Source: a virus (Duplodnaviria; Caudoviricetes). From it: a stretch of 64,000 bases of DNA. The notes under the pieces are model-generated. The model searched no databases. It saw only the letters and a program-made list of their open reading frames with translations, and was not told where the DNA came from. Positions 53,492-63,296 of this stretch are shown here, piece by piece. The stretch is from positions 4,420 through 68,419 of the IMG/VR virus record IMGVR_UViG_3300005573_000089. One strand, written 5' to 3'. Numbering within the stretch: position 1 is the first letter of the stretch; every line of letters begins with the position of its first letter. Made by a program: the position numbers and the translations under genes.

Positions 53492-56134
53492 TTGAGTTTC
53501 ATTAATGCTTACTATTCCTCTATTGACATATACACAGTAGGAGGAAAAATATCATGTCCTAGAGTAACTGAATGTGAAGTTAGAAAACCTATAACTGACG
53601 GTATATTTTCTTGTGATATTGTCTTTGATTATAACAGTCTAACTTCTAAAGAAAATCCTCCTGATACAATAGTAGACATAGGTAATACAATTGATGTACA
53701 TATTTGTCAAGAAGGAAGAGATCCTTATCTATGCTTCTCTGGTAAGATTGTTACTATAGAAAAGACGATAGAAGGACAACAACCTAGAGACGTAAGAATA
53801 CAAGCAAATGGTTGGGGAGATGCATTAGTAGGTACTTACTTTGGATATGTAAAATATCAAGAAATAGCAAGTGATCTAATAGAACATTTAGTTCAACCTT
53901 TGATTGATCAAGATATTTTAACTGATTGTTATGTAGATTATGATTCAAGAACTATTACATGGGATCATTTAGGTGATCAAGTACAATTATGGGAAGGAGT
54001 TAAAGAAGTATGCAATAAGATAGACTTTGATTTCTGGGTAGATAATAATAAAATATTATATGCAAGAAGAAGGGGAGACAGGACTGGAACAGTTAATTTG
54101 ACTGATAAGATTACTAAAATTGATTATATTCTGGATGGTTCTAAGATTATAAATAGTCAAAGAGTAATAGGTGGAACTGGTAATTCAATAGGAAGTGATG
54201 ATGAATATACAGAGAGTACTGATCTATGGACATCAAATGGATCATTAGACGTTTATACAGAGGTAGTTTTAGATTATGGAGAAGTAACTGTACCTGATCC
54301 TAAATATGGTGCTGGAGATTATGCAGTAAGATCAGTAATATCTAATGCATCTACTACTACTCCATGGGCTAGGATTACATTTCCAGAACCATTAGATCTA
54401 TCATTCTTTGGTGTATTGTGTTTTGCATTATATTGGGGAGTAGATACTACATTAAATCCATTGACTTCACCATCAGGTACTGTAATAGGTGTTAGATTCG
54501 AAACTACTAGTAATGATTGGATAGAATACATTAAAGAATTATCTGGAATCAAAATACAAAATCTATTTCCACTTTATTCTAAGTACTTATGTGGATGGTA
54601 CTCTGTAGAACTTGGATTTAATGTTAGAGCTAAAGGAGATAAAGTAATTACATCTGGTAGACCAAGATGGTCTGAAATTAACAGTATTAAATTTATAATA
54701 TATGGACCTTTATCTACATCTCCTTTGTATCATGAAGGTAGATTAATGATAGATAATATGTACTTTGCAGATGGATACTATTATTATTTCTTAGAAGATT
54801 CAGATTCAATCAATGTATTTGGTGAAAGAAGAGGTAAATTACTCTATATGCCTGAATTATCCTCTACTGAAGAATGTTATGATGTTGCAGAACAAATTAT
54901 AGGTTATTTTTCTCAACCTATTAAAGAAGTCAAGTCAATACAATCTCTTGATATAATAGATGATTTTGAACTTGGATATCAGTATACAATCTCACTTGAG
55001 GATATTTCTGAAGTAGAATGCATCTTAAAAGAGATAGATTATTCAATCAGAGATCAGAAACTTGTTGTTACATATAATCTCTCAGAAGTAAGAACAAAAG
55101 ATCTCTATGATTTGTTGTCAGATCTAAAGAAAACAGTAGATGAATTAGATCAAGAAGCAATACCAGATAATTTATTGTCTAGTGCATTAGTTCCATATCA
55201 AACAGGACCATTAGGACCAAAGGATGTAGATCTATCTCAAACAGGTAGAAATCTTGTACCTAATTTTAGCTTTGAAATAGATTCAAATGGTGATCTAATC
55301 CCAGATAGATGGTATCCAAGTGATCCATCTATGATTTATATGTCCGTGGATGAAAGAGTATTAGGACAATATTCTGCATGGTTAAGAGATGATTTAACAT
55401 TAGAATCAGACTATTTCCAAATTGATATAGAATGGGGATATCATTCTTGGTTCTTTGCTAAATGTGCTCATGGAACTGAAGTAGGAACTTTATCTGTAGA
55501 TCTAATTTTCTATGACTATGCACCATATGTGAATCCATTAGGAACTATTAATATCTGTGAAAATGTTAGTCCAAGCACATGGACTTATTACTATAAAACC
55601 ATTTATTCAAATGATGTACCTAATAATGCTAGATGGGCTAAAATTAGATTAAGTGCTAAAGGTGGTGAAGCTATTTATGTTGATGATGTATGTGTACAGA
55701 GATTAGAAGGAATAGATGTAGGTCCTCTTATGAGTGAAAAATATGTTATATTGGATACAAATCAAACAGATTGGGAAACTGTTTGGTGGGACTATTGGGA
55801 ACCTAAATTCGAAAATACTAAACTAATTGTTACTCATGTTGGTTGTGATCTTATGTCTGGATCAGGTGATCATGTAGCAAGTACAAGAGTAATTATTAAA
55901 TCAAATGAAGTACCTGTGAGTACTATAGAATGGAGTACACTAGAAATGTCATGGCAACATTTTAAATGGGATGGAGAAGTAGATGCATGTGGTTTTAAGG
56001 ATATGTTATCAGTAGAATTTCAATTAAAGACTGAATATGGTGGTGTAGCTTATATTAAATGTCCACAAGTATGGATGAATGTTTATTCTTTAGATAAGAA
56101 GTTATTAAATCCATTTACAGGTGAACCATTATGA
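53492..56134 (+). CDS. putative baseplate hub/tail tip protein with carbohydrate-binding-like domains
   Basis: follows the TMP; FDFWVD..LYARRRG hub pattern; NLVPNFSFE CBM-like start. Confidence 0.6.
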   Translation: MSFINAYYSSIDIYTVGGKISCPRVTECEVRKPITDGIFSCDIVFDYNSLTSKENPPDTIVDIGNTIDVHICQEGRDPYLCFSGKIVTIEKTIEGQQPRDVRIQANGWGDALVGTYFGYVKYQEIASDLIEHLVQPLIDQDILTDCYVDYDSRTITWDHLGDQVQLWEGVKEVCNKIDFDFWVDNNKILYARRRGDRTGTVNLTDKITKIDYILDGSKIINSQRVIGGTGNSIGSDDEYTESTDLWTSNGSLDVYTEVVLDYGEVTVPDPKYGAGDYAVRSVISNASTTTPWARITFPEPLDLSFFGVLCFALYWGVDTTLNPLTSPSGTVIGVRFETTSNDWIEYIKELSGIKIQNLFPLYSKYLCGWYSVELGFNVRAKGDKVITSGRPRWSEINSIKFIIYGPLSTSPLYHEGRLMIDNMYFADGYYYYFLEDSDSINVFGERRGKLLYMPELSSTEECYDVAEQIIGYFSQPIKEVKSIQSLDIIDDFELGYQYTISLEDISEVECILKEIDYSIRDQKLVVTYNLSEVRTKDLYDLLSDLKKTVDELDQEAIPDNLLSSALVPYQTGPLGPKDVDLSQTGRNLVPNFSFEIDSNGDLIPDRWYPSDPSMIYMSVDERVLGQYSAWLRDDLTLESDYFQIDIEWGYHSWFFAKCAHGTEVGTLSVDLIFYDYAPYVNPLGTINICENVSPSTWTYYYKTIYSNDVPNNARWAKIRLSAKGGEAIYVDDVCVQRLEGIDVGPLMSEKYVILDTNQTDWETVWWDYWEPKFENTKLIVTHVGCDLMSGSGDHVASTRVIIKSNEVPVSTIEWSTLEMSWQHFKWDGEVDACGFKDMLSVEFQLKTEYGGVAYIKCPQVWMNVYSLDKKLLNPFTGEPL

Positions 56135-56376
56135 ATAAGAAATTTGAACGTAAGGGAATATCTAGGACATTTGTTAAGACAAAGAAAATACATGATGAAT
56201 TAAAGAAAGAGAAGATCATTAGGAAGATGGATTCAGGTGATGTAGAAGTAAGTTTATCTGATTACATTCTCAGTACAGAATATGATCCTATATCTATTAC
56301 CTTTCATTTCAAAGAAGATACTCCTAAAGAAGTGATTGATAGAATTAAGCAGAAGATGGATGAAATGCAATGGTAG
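56131..56376 (+). CDS. hypothetical protein
   Basis: ATGA overlap. Confidence 0.55.
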   Translation: MNKKFERKGISRTFVKTKKIHDELKKEKIIRKMDSGDVEVSLSDYILSTEYDPISITFHFKEDTPKEVIDRIKQKMDEMQW

Positions 56377-56444
56377 AAAGATCGAAAAGTAAACTTCTAA
56401 ATTTTTATTCTGTTTCAATAGGAAATTATTCATAGTGATCAGCA

Positions 56445-57422
56445 ATGAAATATACTAGAAATTATCTTAGTTTTAGTAAGATAATGCCTTATAGAATCAT
56501 TCAAATTTCAATACCACCACCAGATGGAGAATGGTTACAGGTTTATGGTTATAGAAAATATCATCGAATTTATCATTCTTATGGTGCTGGAGAAAATTAT
56601 CAAATAATGATCAGGGCTTTTATGGGAAGTGGATTTGATAATGATAGAAATGTATACCTTAATTATCATTGTAAAGAAGACTTTAGTGATGTACGTTTCA
56701 CTAGATCAGATGGAGTTACATTTTTAAGTTACTGGATAGAAAGAAAATTGGATGGTTATTATGCTGATTTCTGGGTTAAAATTCCAGATAGTCTAGATGA
56801 AAACGATATTTTTATCTATATTTATTATGGAAATCCAAATAGTACATCACTTAGTAATGGAGAGAATACTTTCATATTTTTTGACAGTTTTGAAACTGAT
56901 TTTTCAAAATGGGACAATATTGAAAATATGTCTCGGGGTTACGAAATGCCATGGGAAGGTAGCTTTTCTGCACAGAATAAAGAAGGAGTAAGTAGAATTG
57001 GAAAGAATATTGATATAGAAAATGTTGCTTATGGAATAAAGTATATAGATCTTTTGCACGAACCATTAACAAAACATGGAATGGGAATATATGGAACTAC
57101 ACTTTATCATATAGGTGTTGATGAAGATTTTTCTATAGTACACTATGTATATAGATACAGTATGACTTATGTAGTTACAAATGTTATGAGAACTTGGGGA
57201 TGGCATAATTTCGAAATTGGAGTTGTTTCAGACAAAACTTATTACTTTATAGATTATAATTTAGTAGCAAACCTTAACATGGGTGGAAGAACATCTTATA
57301 TTGGATTCGGTTCAAGTTGGGAACGTAATCAAGAGTGGGGTTATTGGGATTGTGTATATCTTCGTAAGTTTATTTATCCTGAACCTTCTCATGGAGAATG
57401 GGGATTAGAAGAAGTTCAGTAG
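56445..57422 (+). CDS. DUF2341-domain protein
   Basis: DFSDVRFT..DG..LSYWIE..WVKIP..IYIYYGNPNS..F.FFD.FE. Confidence 0.8.
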   Translation: MKYTRNYLSFSKIMPYRIIQISIPPPDGEWLQVYGYRKYHRIYHSYGAGENYQIMIRAFMGSGFDNDRNVYLNYHCKEDFSDVRFTRSDGVTFLSYWIERKLDGYYADFWVKIPDSLDENDIFIYIYYGNPNSTSLSNGENTFIFFDSFETDFSKWDNIENMSRGYEMPWEGSFSAQNKEGVSRIGKNIDIENVAYGIKYIDLLHEPLTKHGMGIYGTTLYHIGVDEDFSIVHYVYRYSMTYVVTNVMRTWGWHNFEIGVVSDKTYYFIDYNLVANLNMGGRTSYIGFGSSWERNQEWGYWDCVYLRKFIYPEPSHGEWGLEEVQ

Positions 57423-57449
57423 CATTGACTTATTTTAAAATATACAAAA

Positions 57450-57472
57450 ATCGATTTATCTCCTAAATCGAT
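57450..57472. repeat. 23-bp palindrome copy (core TCTCC)
   Basis: perfect arms, between DUF2341 and terS. Confidence 0.95.
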
Positions 57473-57522
57473 CATCAGAGAAATAAGGCTTATAACTAAC
57501 ATCTTACTGTTATATTGTTGCT

Positions 57523-58059
57523 ATGAGAAATTGTGATACATGTAGATCTGAATTTGTTAAAGAGATAGATCAATTGATTCTTTCTGGATGGACATATAAA
57601 GAGATACTAAGACATCTTAAGACTAAATATCCAGATAAAGTAATTCCATCTTATGATTCACTTAGAGAACATGGTAAGAATCATGTACATGCAATGATTG
57701 AAAGAGGAGTAGAATCTAATAAAGAAAGAGAGAAGATGATCAAAAAAGAGATCCAATCTACTATTATTGCTATTAAGCAATTAAATAGGAATTTACAAAT
57801 GACATCAGAAGGATTAGAACAAGTATGGAGTGAATGGTCTAGATCTAAGTCTCCTAGTGCATTAAGACAATTAGGAGATCTTATTACAAATACAAACAAA
57901 TCTATCGAATTATTGTTAAAGTTCTCTGATCAAGTAACTAAAGGTGTATTGACAGAAGAAGAGATCTTTGATAAAATAATGTTCTGTATTAGAGATTTTC
58001 CACCTGAATATATTAAAATGTTTAGAGATAGATGGGAAGGTAGATCAGAAGAACAATGA
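57523..58059 (+). CDS. terminase small subunit (putative)
   Basis: CxxC plus HTH-like N-terminus and coiled coil; overlaps the terL start. Confidence 0.65.
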   Translation: MRNCDTCRSEFVKEIDQLILSGWTYKEILRHLKTKYPDKVIPSYDSLREHGKNHVHAMIERGVESNKEREKMIKKEIQSTIIAIKQLNRNLQMTSEGLEQVWSEWSRSKSPSALRQLGDLITNTNKSIELLLKFSDQVTKGVLTEEEIFDKIMFCIRDFPPEYIKMFRDRWEGRSEEQ

Positions 58060-59393
58060 GTGTTGTAAGTAAATCTTTACAGATAATGTCATGGTATCAA
58101 TTTCCTGATGAGTTCTTTAGAGATATTTTCAAATTTGATCCATATGAGTATCAATCTAAGTTCATGAAGATATGGAGACATTATAAAGAACATAAGAGAG
58201 TTCTAATACTAAGTGCTAGTGGTACTGGTAAAACACAATTATTAGCTGGTACTGCATTATACTTTACTTGTGTTCTATCAGTTGTAGAGAAAGATCCTAA
58301 AGACGTAATAATATTATCTGGATCTTTAGCACAAGCAAGGAATGTCTATAAGTACATTAGAGATGCAATAGTAAACAATGATATCTTAAAAGGTATGTAT
58401 GCTGAATTTAGACAATCAGATACAGTATTTAGAGATGGATCTTCTATCAAAGCATTATCTAGTTCTTTAACATCTATACAAGGACAACATGGAGATCTTG
58501 TAATTGTAGATGAAGCAGCATTAGTAGATGACTTCCAATTAAATGACTGTTATAGGATCATAGGTGCTCATGATGGTATAATTATATGGTCAGGTACTCC
58601 TACACAATATGATTCTTTATTTGTTAAAACATTTGAAGAAGAAGAGGCTAAAATGAAGAGAGGAGAAAAGACAATATGGGAGATCTGGACTTGGAGTGCA
58701 TCTGAATGTCCTAAATTACAATCACAATTAGCAGAAGCAAAGTCTAGATTACCTGAAGAAATGTTTAAGATCTTTTGGGAAGGTAGACCATTTCCTCTTA
58801 CAGGTGTACTGATCCCTAGAGATGCAATGGTTAATGCAACTAGAGGTATTAAGAAGTTTAATTATAATCCTGAATGGAAAACTGTAATGGGTATAGACTT
58901 TGGATGGAGTGATCCTACTGCTGTTGTTATATTTCAAACAGATGGAGAGAGATATTATTGTTTAGAATGCTATAAATGGTCTGAAACAGACTTTGATATA
59001 ATTAACAAGATCATTAAAGAGAAATGTAATCAGTACAAAGTTAATGTCATTTATTCTGATGCTTCATATAAAGGAGAGAATCAAAGATTGAAAGCTATGG
59101 GATTACCTGTATTTGAAATTGCTTTTAATAAAGAGAAACAAATAATGCAAAGTCGTCTAAGGGATCTATTTGTTAAAGGATATGTAAGAATACCAGATCA
59201 TCAAGACTTCTATGATTTGATCTATGAACTTAGAACTTATACTTGGACTAAGAAATCAGGAGAAGATCTAGTAGATGCTACTATGTTAGCTCTTAAAGAA
59301 AGTAATATTGTTTCATCAAATGATACTGGTAAGATCATATCTATGGGTAGACCTAGAAGGAACATTAGAAATCCTATATTCAGAGGGATCTAA
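58056..59393 (+). CDS. terL: terminase large subunit
   Basis: SASGTGKT, IQG, VIVDEAA, MGIDFGWSDPTA, D..DA. Confidence 0.9.
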   Translation: MSVVSKSLQIMSWYQFPDEFFRDIFKFDPYEYQSKFMKIWRHYKEHKRVLILSASGTGKTQLLAGTALYFTCVLSVVEKDPKDVIILSGSLAQARNVYKYIRDAIVNNDILKGMYAEFRQSDTVFRDGSSIKALSSSLTSIQGQHGDLVIVDEAALVDDFQLNDCYRIIGAHDGIIIWSGTPTQYDSLFVKTFEEEEAKMKRGEKTIWEIWTWSASECPKLQSQLAEAKSRLPEEMFKIFWEGRPFPLTGVLIPRDAMVNATRGIKKFNYNPEWKTVMGIDFGWSDPTAVVIFQTDGERYYCLECYKWSETDFDIINKIIKEKCNQYKVNVIYSDASYKGENQRLKAMGLPVFEIAFNKEKQIMQSRLRDLFVKGYVRIPDHQDFYDLIYELRTYTWTKKSGEDLVDATMLALKESNIVSSNDTGKIISMGRPRRNIRNPIFRGI

Positions 59394-59411
59394 GAAACAT
59401 GGATCTGAAAG

Positions 59412-59434
59412 ATCGATTTATCACCTAAATCGAT
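59412..59434. repeat. 23-bp palindrome copy (core TCACC)
   Basis: 18 nt after the terL stop. Confidence 0.95.
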
Positions 59435-59805
59435 TTAATTTGCTATATCTCATGTTTTAAAATTAAAGACTTTGTATGAAAAATGATCTAAGTTCTAATT
59501 AAATTTCTTAATCTATAAAGAGACTCTAGGAATAACCAAAATCTCTGGAATAGTAGAGTATTGTACTAGTGATGTCTGTAGTTCTATGAATTCTTTTGAA
59601 ATTAAAGCAAATATAATTGTAAGAAATTTATACTTAGGAATATTATTAAGATTATATTTAATTTTTGAAATGAGAAATTATGATTATCTACTCATTATTC
59701 TATAATGAACCATAGAAACTTAGGGGATTTATCTTTAGGAATAATGTCTGGTGTATCTCTTCTCTTCTCTCTGATCTTGAATTTTAAATTTCCAATCTCA
59801 AAAAG

Positions 59806-59888
59806 CATAATACAGAGCATAATACATGCGTATTACATTTGAAAATCATAATACAAAAACAAAACTCATAATACCTATGCGTATTATT
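59806..59888. repeat. CATAATAC x4 with inverted GTATTA partners
   Basis: copies at 59806, 59818, 59847 and 59867; related GTATTATAATAC at 60713. Confidence 0.7.
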
Positions 59889-59915
59889 CAGAAAATAAAT
59901 AATCAAATGTGATAT

Positions 59916-60632
59916 TCAGTTCCGTATTGGTATTGCTATTTTTCCTTTTTTGATTTCAAGATACTTCACATAATCCAGAACATATTTCGGATACTTCAAA
60001 TCCGATCTAAATTCTTCTATCTCGTTTTCAGCATTCAGATATTGTTCGCATATTTTTGCTAGATGACTAACGATTTGATATGCTTCGTTATAACTACTTT
60101 TTCTTATGATTTTCAAATTTGGATAAATAAACGTTCTTTTTAGCAATCCTATTCTATTTTCTGCAAATACTATGTGAGGCTCTTTAGTAGATTTCTTATG
60201 CTCTTTTATCGTAACAAATGTATCAGAGAATTTTACAGACGAATCCACGATAACAACATTTCTATCATCGAATTTTAGCACATTCTGTAATATCTGACTC
60301 CATAGTTCTTTCGTCTCTCCCTTTGAGTTTGTTTTCATTACAGTAAAATATGTTTTAAACACATTTGTTGTGACTCCTAGTTTAATGTATCTATTTACAT
60401 CATTTTGCCAAGATATGACTCTCTCACCTTTATACGTTTTACCGTTTTTTGTCTTTAATGTTTTATATGTCAAATCAGACATATCTGCTTGAATCAGATA
60501 TGTCTTTTTTTCTTTCCTTTTCCTTACTTTATTTTCTACTTCCTTTATTAGTCTGTTAATTTTATCAGACTTAGATAACCGATTCCTACCACCAAACTTG
60601 TTATTGTTATTCTTTCCGAATACCATTTCCAA
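59916..60632 (-). CDS. basic hypothetical protein (238 aa)
   Basis: Lys-rich ORF, isolated on the minus strand. Confidence 0.65.
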   Translation of the reverse strand: MEMVFGKNNNNKFGGRNRLSKSDKINRLIKEVENKVRKRKEKKTYLIQADMSDLTYKTLKTKNGKTYKGERVISWQNDVNRYIKLGVTTNVFKTYFTVMKTNSKGETKELWSQILQNVLKFDDRNVVIVDSSVKFSDTFVTIKEHKKSTKEPHIVFAENRIGLLKRTFIYPNLKIIRKSSYNEAYQIVSHLAKICEQYLNAENEIEEFRSDLKYPKYVLDYVKYLEIKKGKIAIPIRN

Positions 60633-60870
60633 TCGTATTATAGTTTACCTTATTTTTTTAAATAATTGTGTATTATTTCTTTACCTTCCCTTTTAAATAC
60701 CAAGCCTTCGATGTATTATAATACGTATTATTATGATATTTTGTTGCATGTTTATGTGAACGATCAACTAATATTAGTTACATAAAAAAACATGATTTTT
60801 TAAAAATTGCTTAGCTAAATATTATCAATCGATACATAAAATTTTTAAAGAATAAGATTGAGATTGAACA

Positions 60871-61011
60871 ATGATGATCATAATTATAGATGGAAAAACT
60901 CAGATACCTATAAAGCTAAAAAACGATGGAAACATAGAAATCCCAAAAGAAGAGTTAATAAATATTCTTGCTCTAGTTAGCAAAAACCATAAACTAGACT
61001 TTAGACTTTAA
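60871..61011 (+). CDS. small hypothetical protein (46 aa; not in ORF track)
   Basis: MMIIIIDGKTQIPIKLKNDG..., followed by T10. Confidence 0.4.
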   Translation: MMIIIIDGKTQIPIKLKNDGNIEIPKEELINILALVSKNHKLDFRL

Positions 61012-61278
61012 AATCTATTCTTTTTTTTTTAGTAAATTTTAAATAGAATTAAAGCAGTTTTTAATTTGGAAAAAAAGGAAGGTGATATATTGAAATTTGA
61101 ATGCAAGGAATGTATCGGAATGAGATCTTGCCATTACGAAGACATAAAGATTGGAGAAGAAAGCGTTATTTTATGCCTAAGATGTGGAAGACATTTGATA
61201 AGGGTTTCGTAATGGTATCGTTTCCTATCTTTTTTTTCCTTTTCTTTTTGTTTTGTTCTATGGCATGGTATTGCTTAA

Positions 61279-61378
61279 TGCCTATTGCCTATTCTCTATT
61301 CTCTATTGCCTATTTTCTATTCTCTTACTTACTTATTGTATTGTCTTATTGCCTATTGCCTATTGCCTATTGCCTATT
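61279..61378. repeat. imperfect 7-bp tandem repeat (GCCTATT/CTATTGC)
   Basis: about a dozen degenerate units, with four perfect consecutive units near 61351-61378. Confidence 0.85.
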
Positions 61379-61450
61379 TAGAAACGATAGGATTTTTAAA
61401 AAAAGGAAATAGGAAAAACCATTTGTTTCTCTAGGAAATTGGGAAAATAA

Positions 61451-61468
61451 GAGAAAAGTTTATAAACT
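61451..61468 (+). promoter_or_regulatory. archaeal BRE-TATA promoter
   Basis: GAGAAAAG-TTTATAAA about 30 nt upstream of the ATG at 61498. Confidence 0.65.
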
Positions 61469-61497
61469 GATATAATCTCATTCCTATCGGATAAAAA

Positions 61498-61809
61498 ATG
61501 ACCGTAATAATCGGAAACCAACAATTCCAAGCAAGACCGACGGAAACAGTTCGTTCTGATCTTCTAACGATACGAATAAATCCTTCTACAGAACGTTATA
61601 TTATTTTACAAAAAACAGACTTTGAACAGATTATGATAAACTTGGGGCTTTCGGAAATACTTTCTAAAGAACCAACTAAAAAGTCAGGAAAAGAATATGC
61701 TAAATATTTACGTAGTTCTGGTTCTATTCTTGCTGAACTACTAAAAGCTATTGTTCTGCACCCAGAGTTCAAGACATCTGGAATTGTTGTCGGTTTTCTG
61801 GAACAATAA
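61498..61809 (+). CDS. hypothetical (putative early) protein
   Basis: own promoter and T9 terminator. Confidence 0.65.
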   Translation: MTVIIGNQQFQARPTETVRSDLLTIRINPSTERYIILQKTDFEQIMINLGLSEILSKEPTKKSGKEYAKYLRSSGSILAELLKAIVLHPEFKTSGIVVGFLEQ

Positions 61810-61864
61810 ACGTATCTTTTTTTTTGTTTATGATTAAAATTATGTTAGAAAGATGTGATCAAAA

Positions 61865-62413
61865 ATGGAAAACAAAATAATGTTAAATTCTCAAAACATA
61901 AGGAAATTAGGAAAAATAGACAAAATTATGAATGAATTAAATATTTTCGATAGATATGCATTTTTGAATCGTATTTTTCAAGAACAAGGTATTTATGTAA
62001 ATGATTATAAGATTAATGCCTATCCATTTAAGTCAGCATTTATTTTAAGAGTAAGGAAAAAAGATTTCATCGTAGATTTCTCAGTAAAAGATATACTAAA
62101 TAAAAGTTGGAAAGATAACATAAAACTAGATAACAAAATTAAGGAAATACTTGATCAAATATACTATCAATTCGTTTTACCAAATCTAAATGACTTTAAT
62201 CTAAGTCTTGATACATCAAAAACATTAAATCAAAAACTAGAATTTTCAAAATTTTTAGTCATGAAAAAAGAAACTACTGATGTAATGCTAAAAGTTTATT
62301 GTAAAAAAGATAAATTAGAAAAAAGCATAGATGAATGTTCAAACTGTAATTTGTTTATTCAGTATAGCAATAATAAAGTTATTTGTTATTATACATATCA
62401 GTTAAAAATTTAA
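61865..62413 (+). CDS. hypothetical protein
   Basis: ORF followed by a T-tract at 62417-62435. Confidence 0.6.
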   Translation: MENKIMLNSQNIRKLGKIDKIMNELNIFDRYAFLNRIFQEQGIYVNDYKINAYPFKSAFILRVRKKDFIVDFSVKDILNKSWKDNIKLDNKIKEILDQIYYQFVLPNLNDFNLSLDTSKTLNQKLEFSKFLVMKKETTDVMLKVYCKKDKLEKSIDECSNCNLFIQYSNNKVICYYTYQLKI

Positions 62414-62447
62414 TCATTTTTTTTAATTTTATTTTCACATTCATTAG

Positions 62448-62765
62448 GTGTTCATTATGAAGTTTATTTTTATGTCAGGAAATAAGGAAATTGTGATCTA
62501 TCTAAATGATAAAGTTCTTAAAAGAACTTTAGGAAAATCTGATCTTACAGAGTTAGTTAGGAAAATAGGAAATAGATATGTTGTTAATCCTATGTTAGAA
62601 AAGGAAATTAGGAAATCAATCAAGATATTGTTTAAACAGGAAAAGAAGGAAAAGGAAAAGGAAAAGGAAAAGGAAAAGGACAATGATCTATTGTTTAAAT
62701 TTTATCAAGGTTTATTTATTAAACCAATTCATGATCAAGTTGATTTAGGAAATAAATCAATTTGA
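62448..62765 (+). CDS. hypothetical protein with a (KE)n tract
   Basis: GGAAAA hexamer repeats at about 62640-62680. Confidence 0.6.
   Translation: MFIMKFIFMSGNKEIVIYLNDKVLKRTLGKSDLTELVRKIGNRYVVNPMLEKEIRKSIKILFKQEKKEKEKEKEKEKDNDLLFKFYQGLFIKPIHDQVDLGNKSI
62739..62761. repeat. degenerate palindrome copy (core GGAAA)
   Basis: gttgattta ggaaa taaatcaat, 8-bp perfect arms, at a gene 3' end. Confidence 0.6.
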
Positions 62766-62780
62766 TAAGGTGATGTATGA

Positions 62781-63131
62781 ATGGAAAATGTAACAAATAC
62801 TGCTCTAAGTTTGTTTGAATCAGCAATGCAATCAGTTCAAGAAGATGAAAATGATGATCGTCTAATAACTTATCTTAAAATAAAAACAAAGCTTTCAATG
62901 GTAAGTTCTTCTATACATCTAATAGAAGCATTTATGCAAAATTCAGATTTTGTAAAAGAGTTAGATCCTAAATTTATAAAAGATATTTCAGTAAACTTAG
63001 ATAGTTCTTTATTTCTAATTTACTATATAATTCGTAATTGTTTTATAGAATCTTCGCATGATCCAGAATTTCAGGAAATACTTAGTGAATTTATGAATGT
63101 AACTAAAGAAAATAAATCTAATGTTGTATGA
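62781..63131 (+). CDS. hypothetical protein
   Basis: GGTGA RBS, T11 tract after the stop. Confidence 0.6.
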   Translation: MENVTNTALSLFESAMQSVQEDENDDRLITYLKIKTKLSMVSSSIHLIEAFMQNSDFVKELDPKFIKDISVNLDSSLFLIYYIIRNCFIESSHDPEFQEILSEFMNVTKENKSNVV

Positions 63132-63296
63132 TCGTTTCTATTTTTTTTTTTAATTATATGGTGATCAAAATGAACATAGATAGAGAGTTATTGTTAATCA
63201 AAATGAAATATTTAATATGTCAAGCTATAATTGAAGAATTAAAAACTGAGTTTTCTGAATTAGAAAATTAGGAAAATGATCATTTAGTGATCCATC

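Noticed and set aside
61101-61412. 103-aa ORF in the ORF track
   Set aside because: Its LLPIAYC-type sequence is simply the translated heptamer repeat, with atypical composition.
3406-62683. Short antisense or alternate-frame ORFs nested in long genes (e.g. 3406, 5605, 13273, 13364, 14194, 15516, 15972, 17228, 19327, 22030, 26205, 26670, 27243, 27839, 32503, 34079, 34922, 35827, 37694, 39507, 40988, 42942, 49607, 51006, 52965, 54319, 56254, 56797, 56872, 57681, 58749, 62498)
   Set aside because: Shadows of real CDSs; no motifs or RBS, and biased composition.
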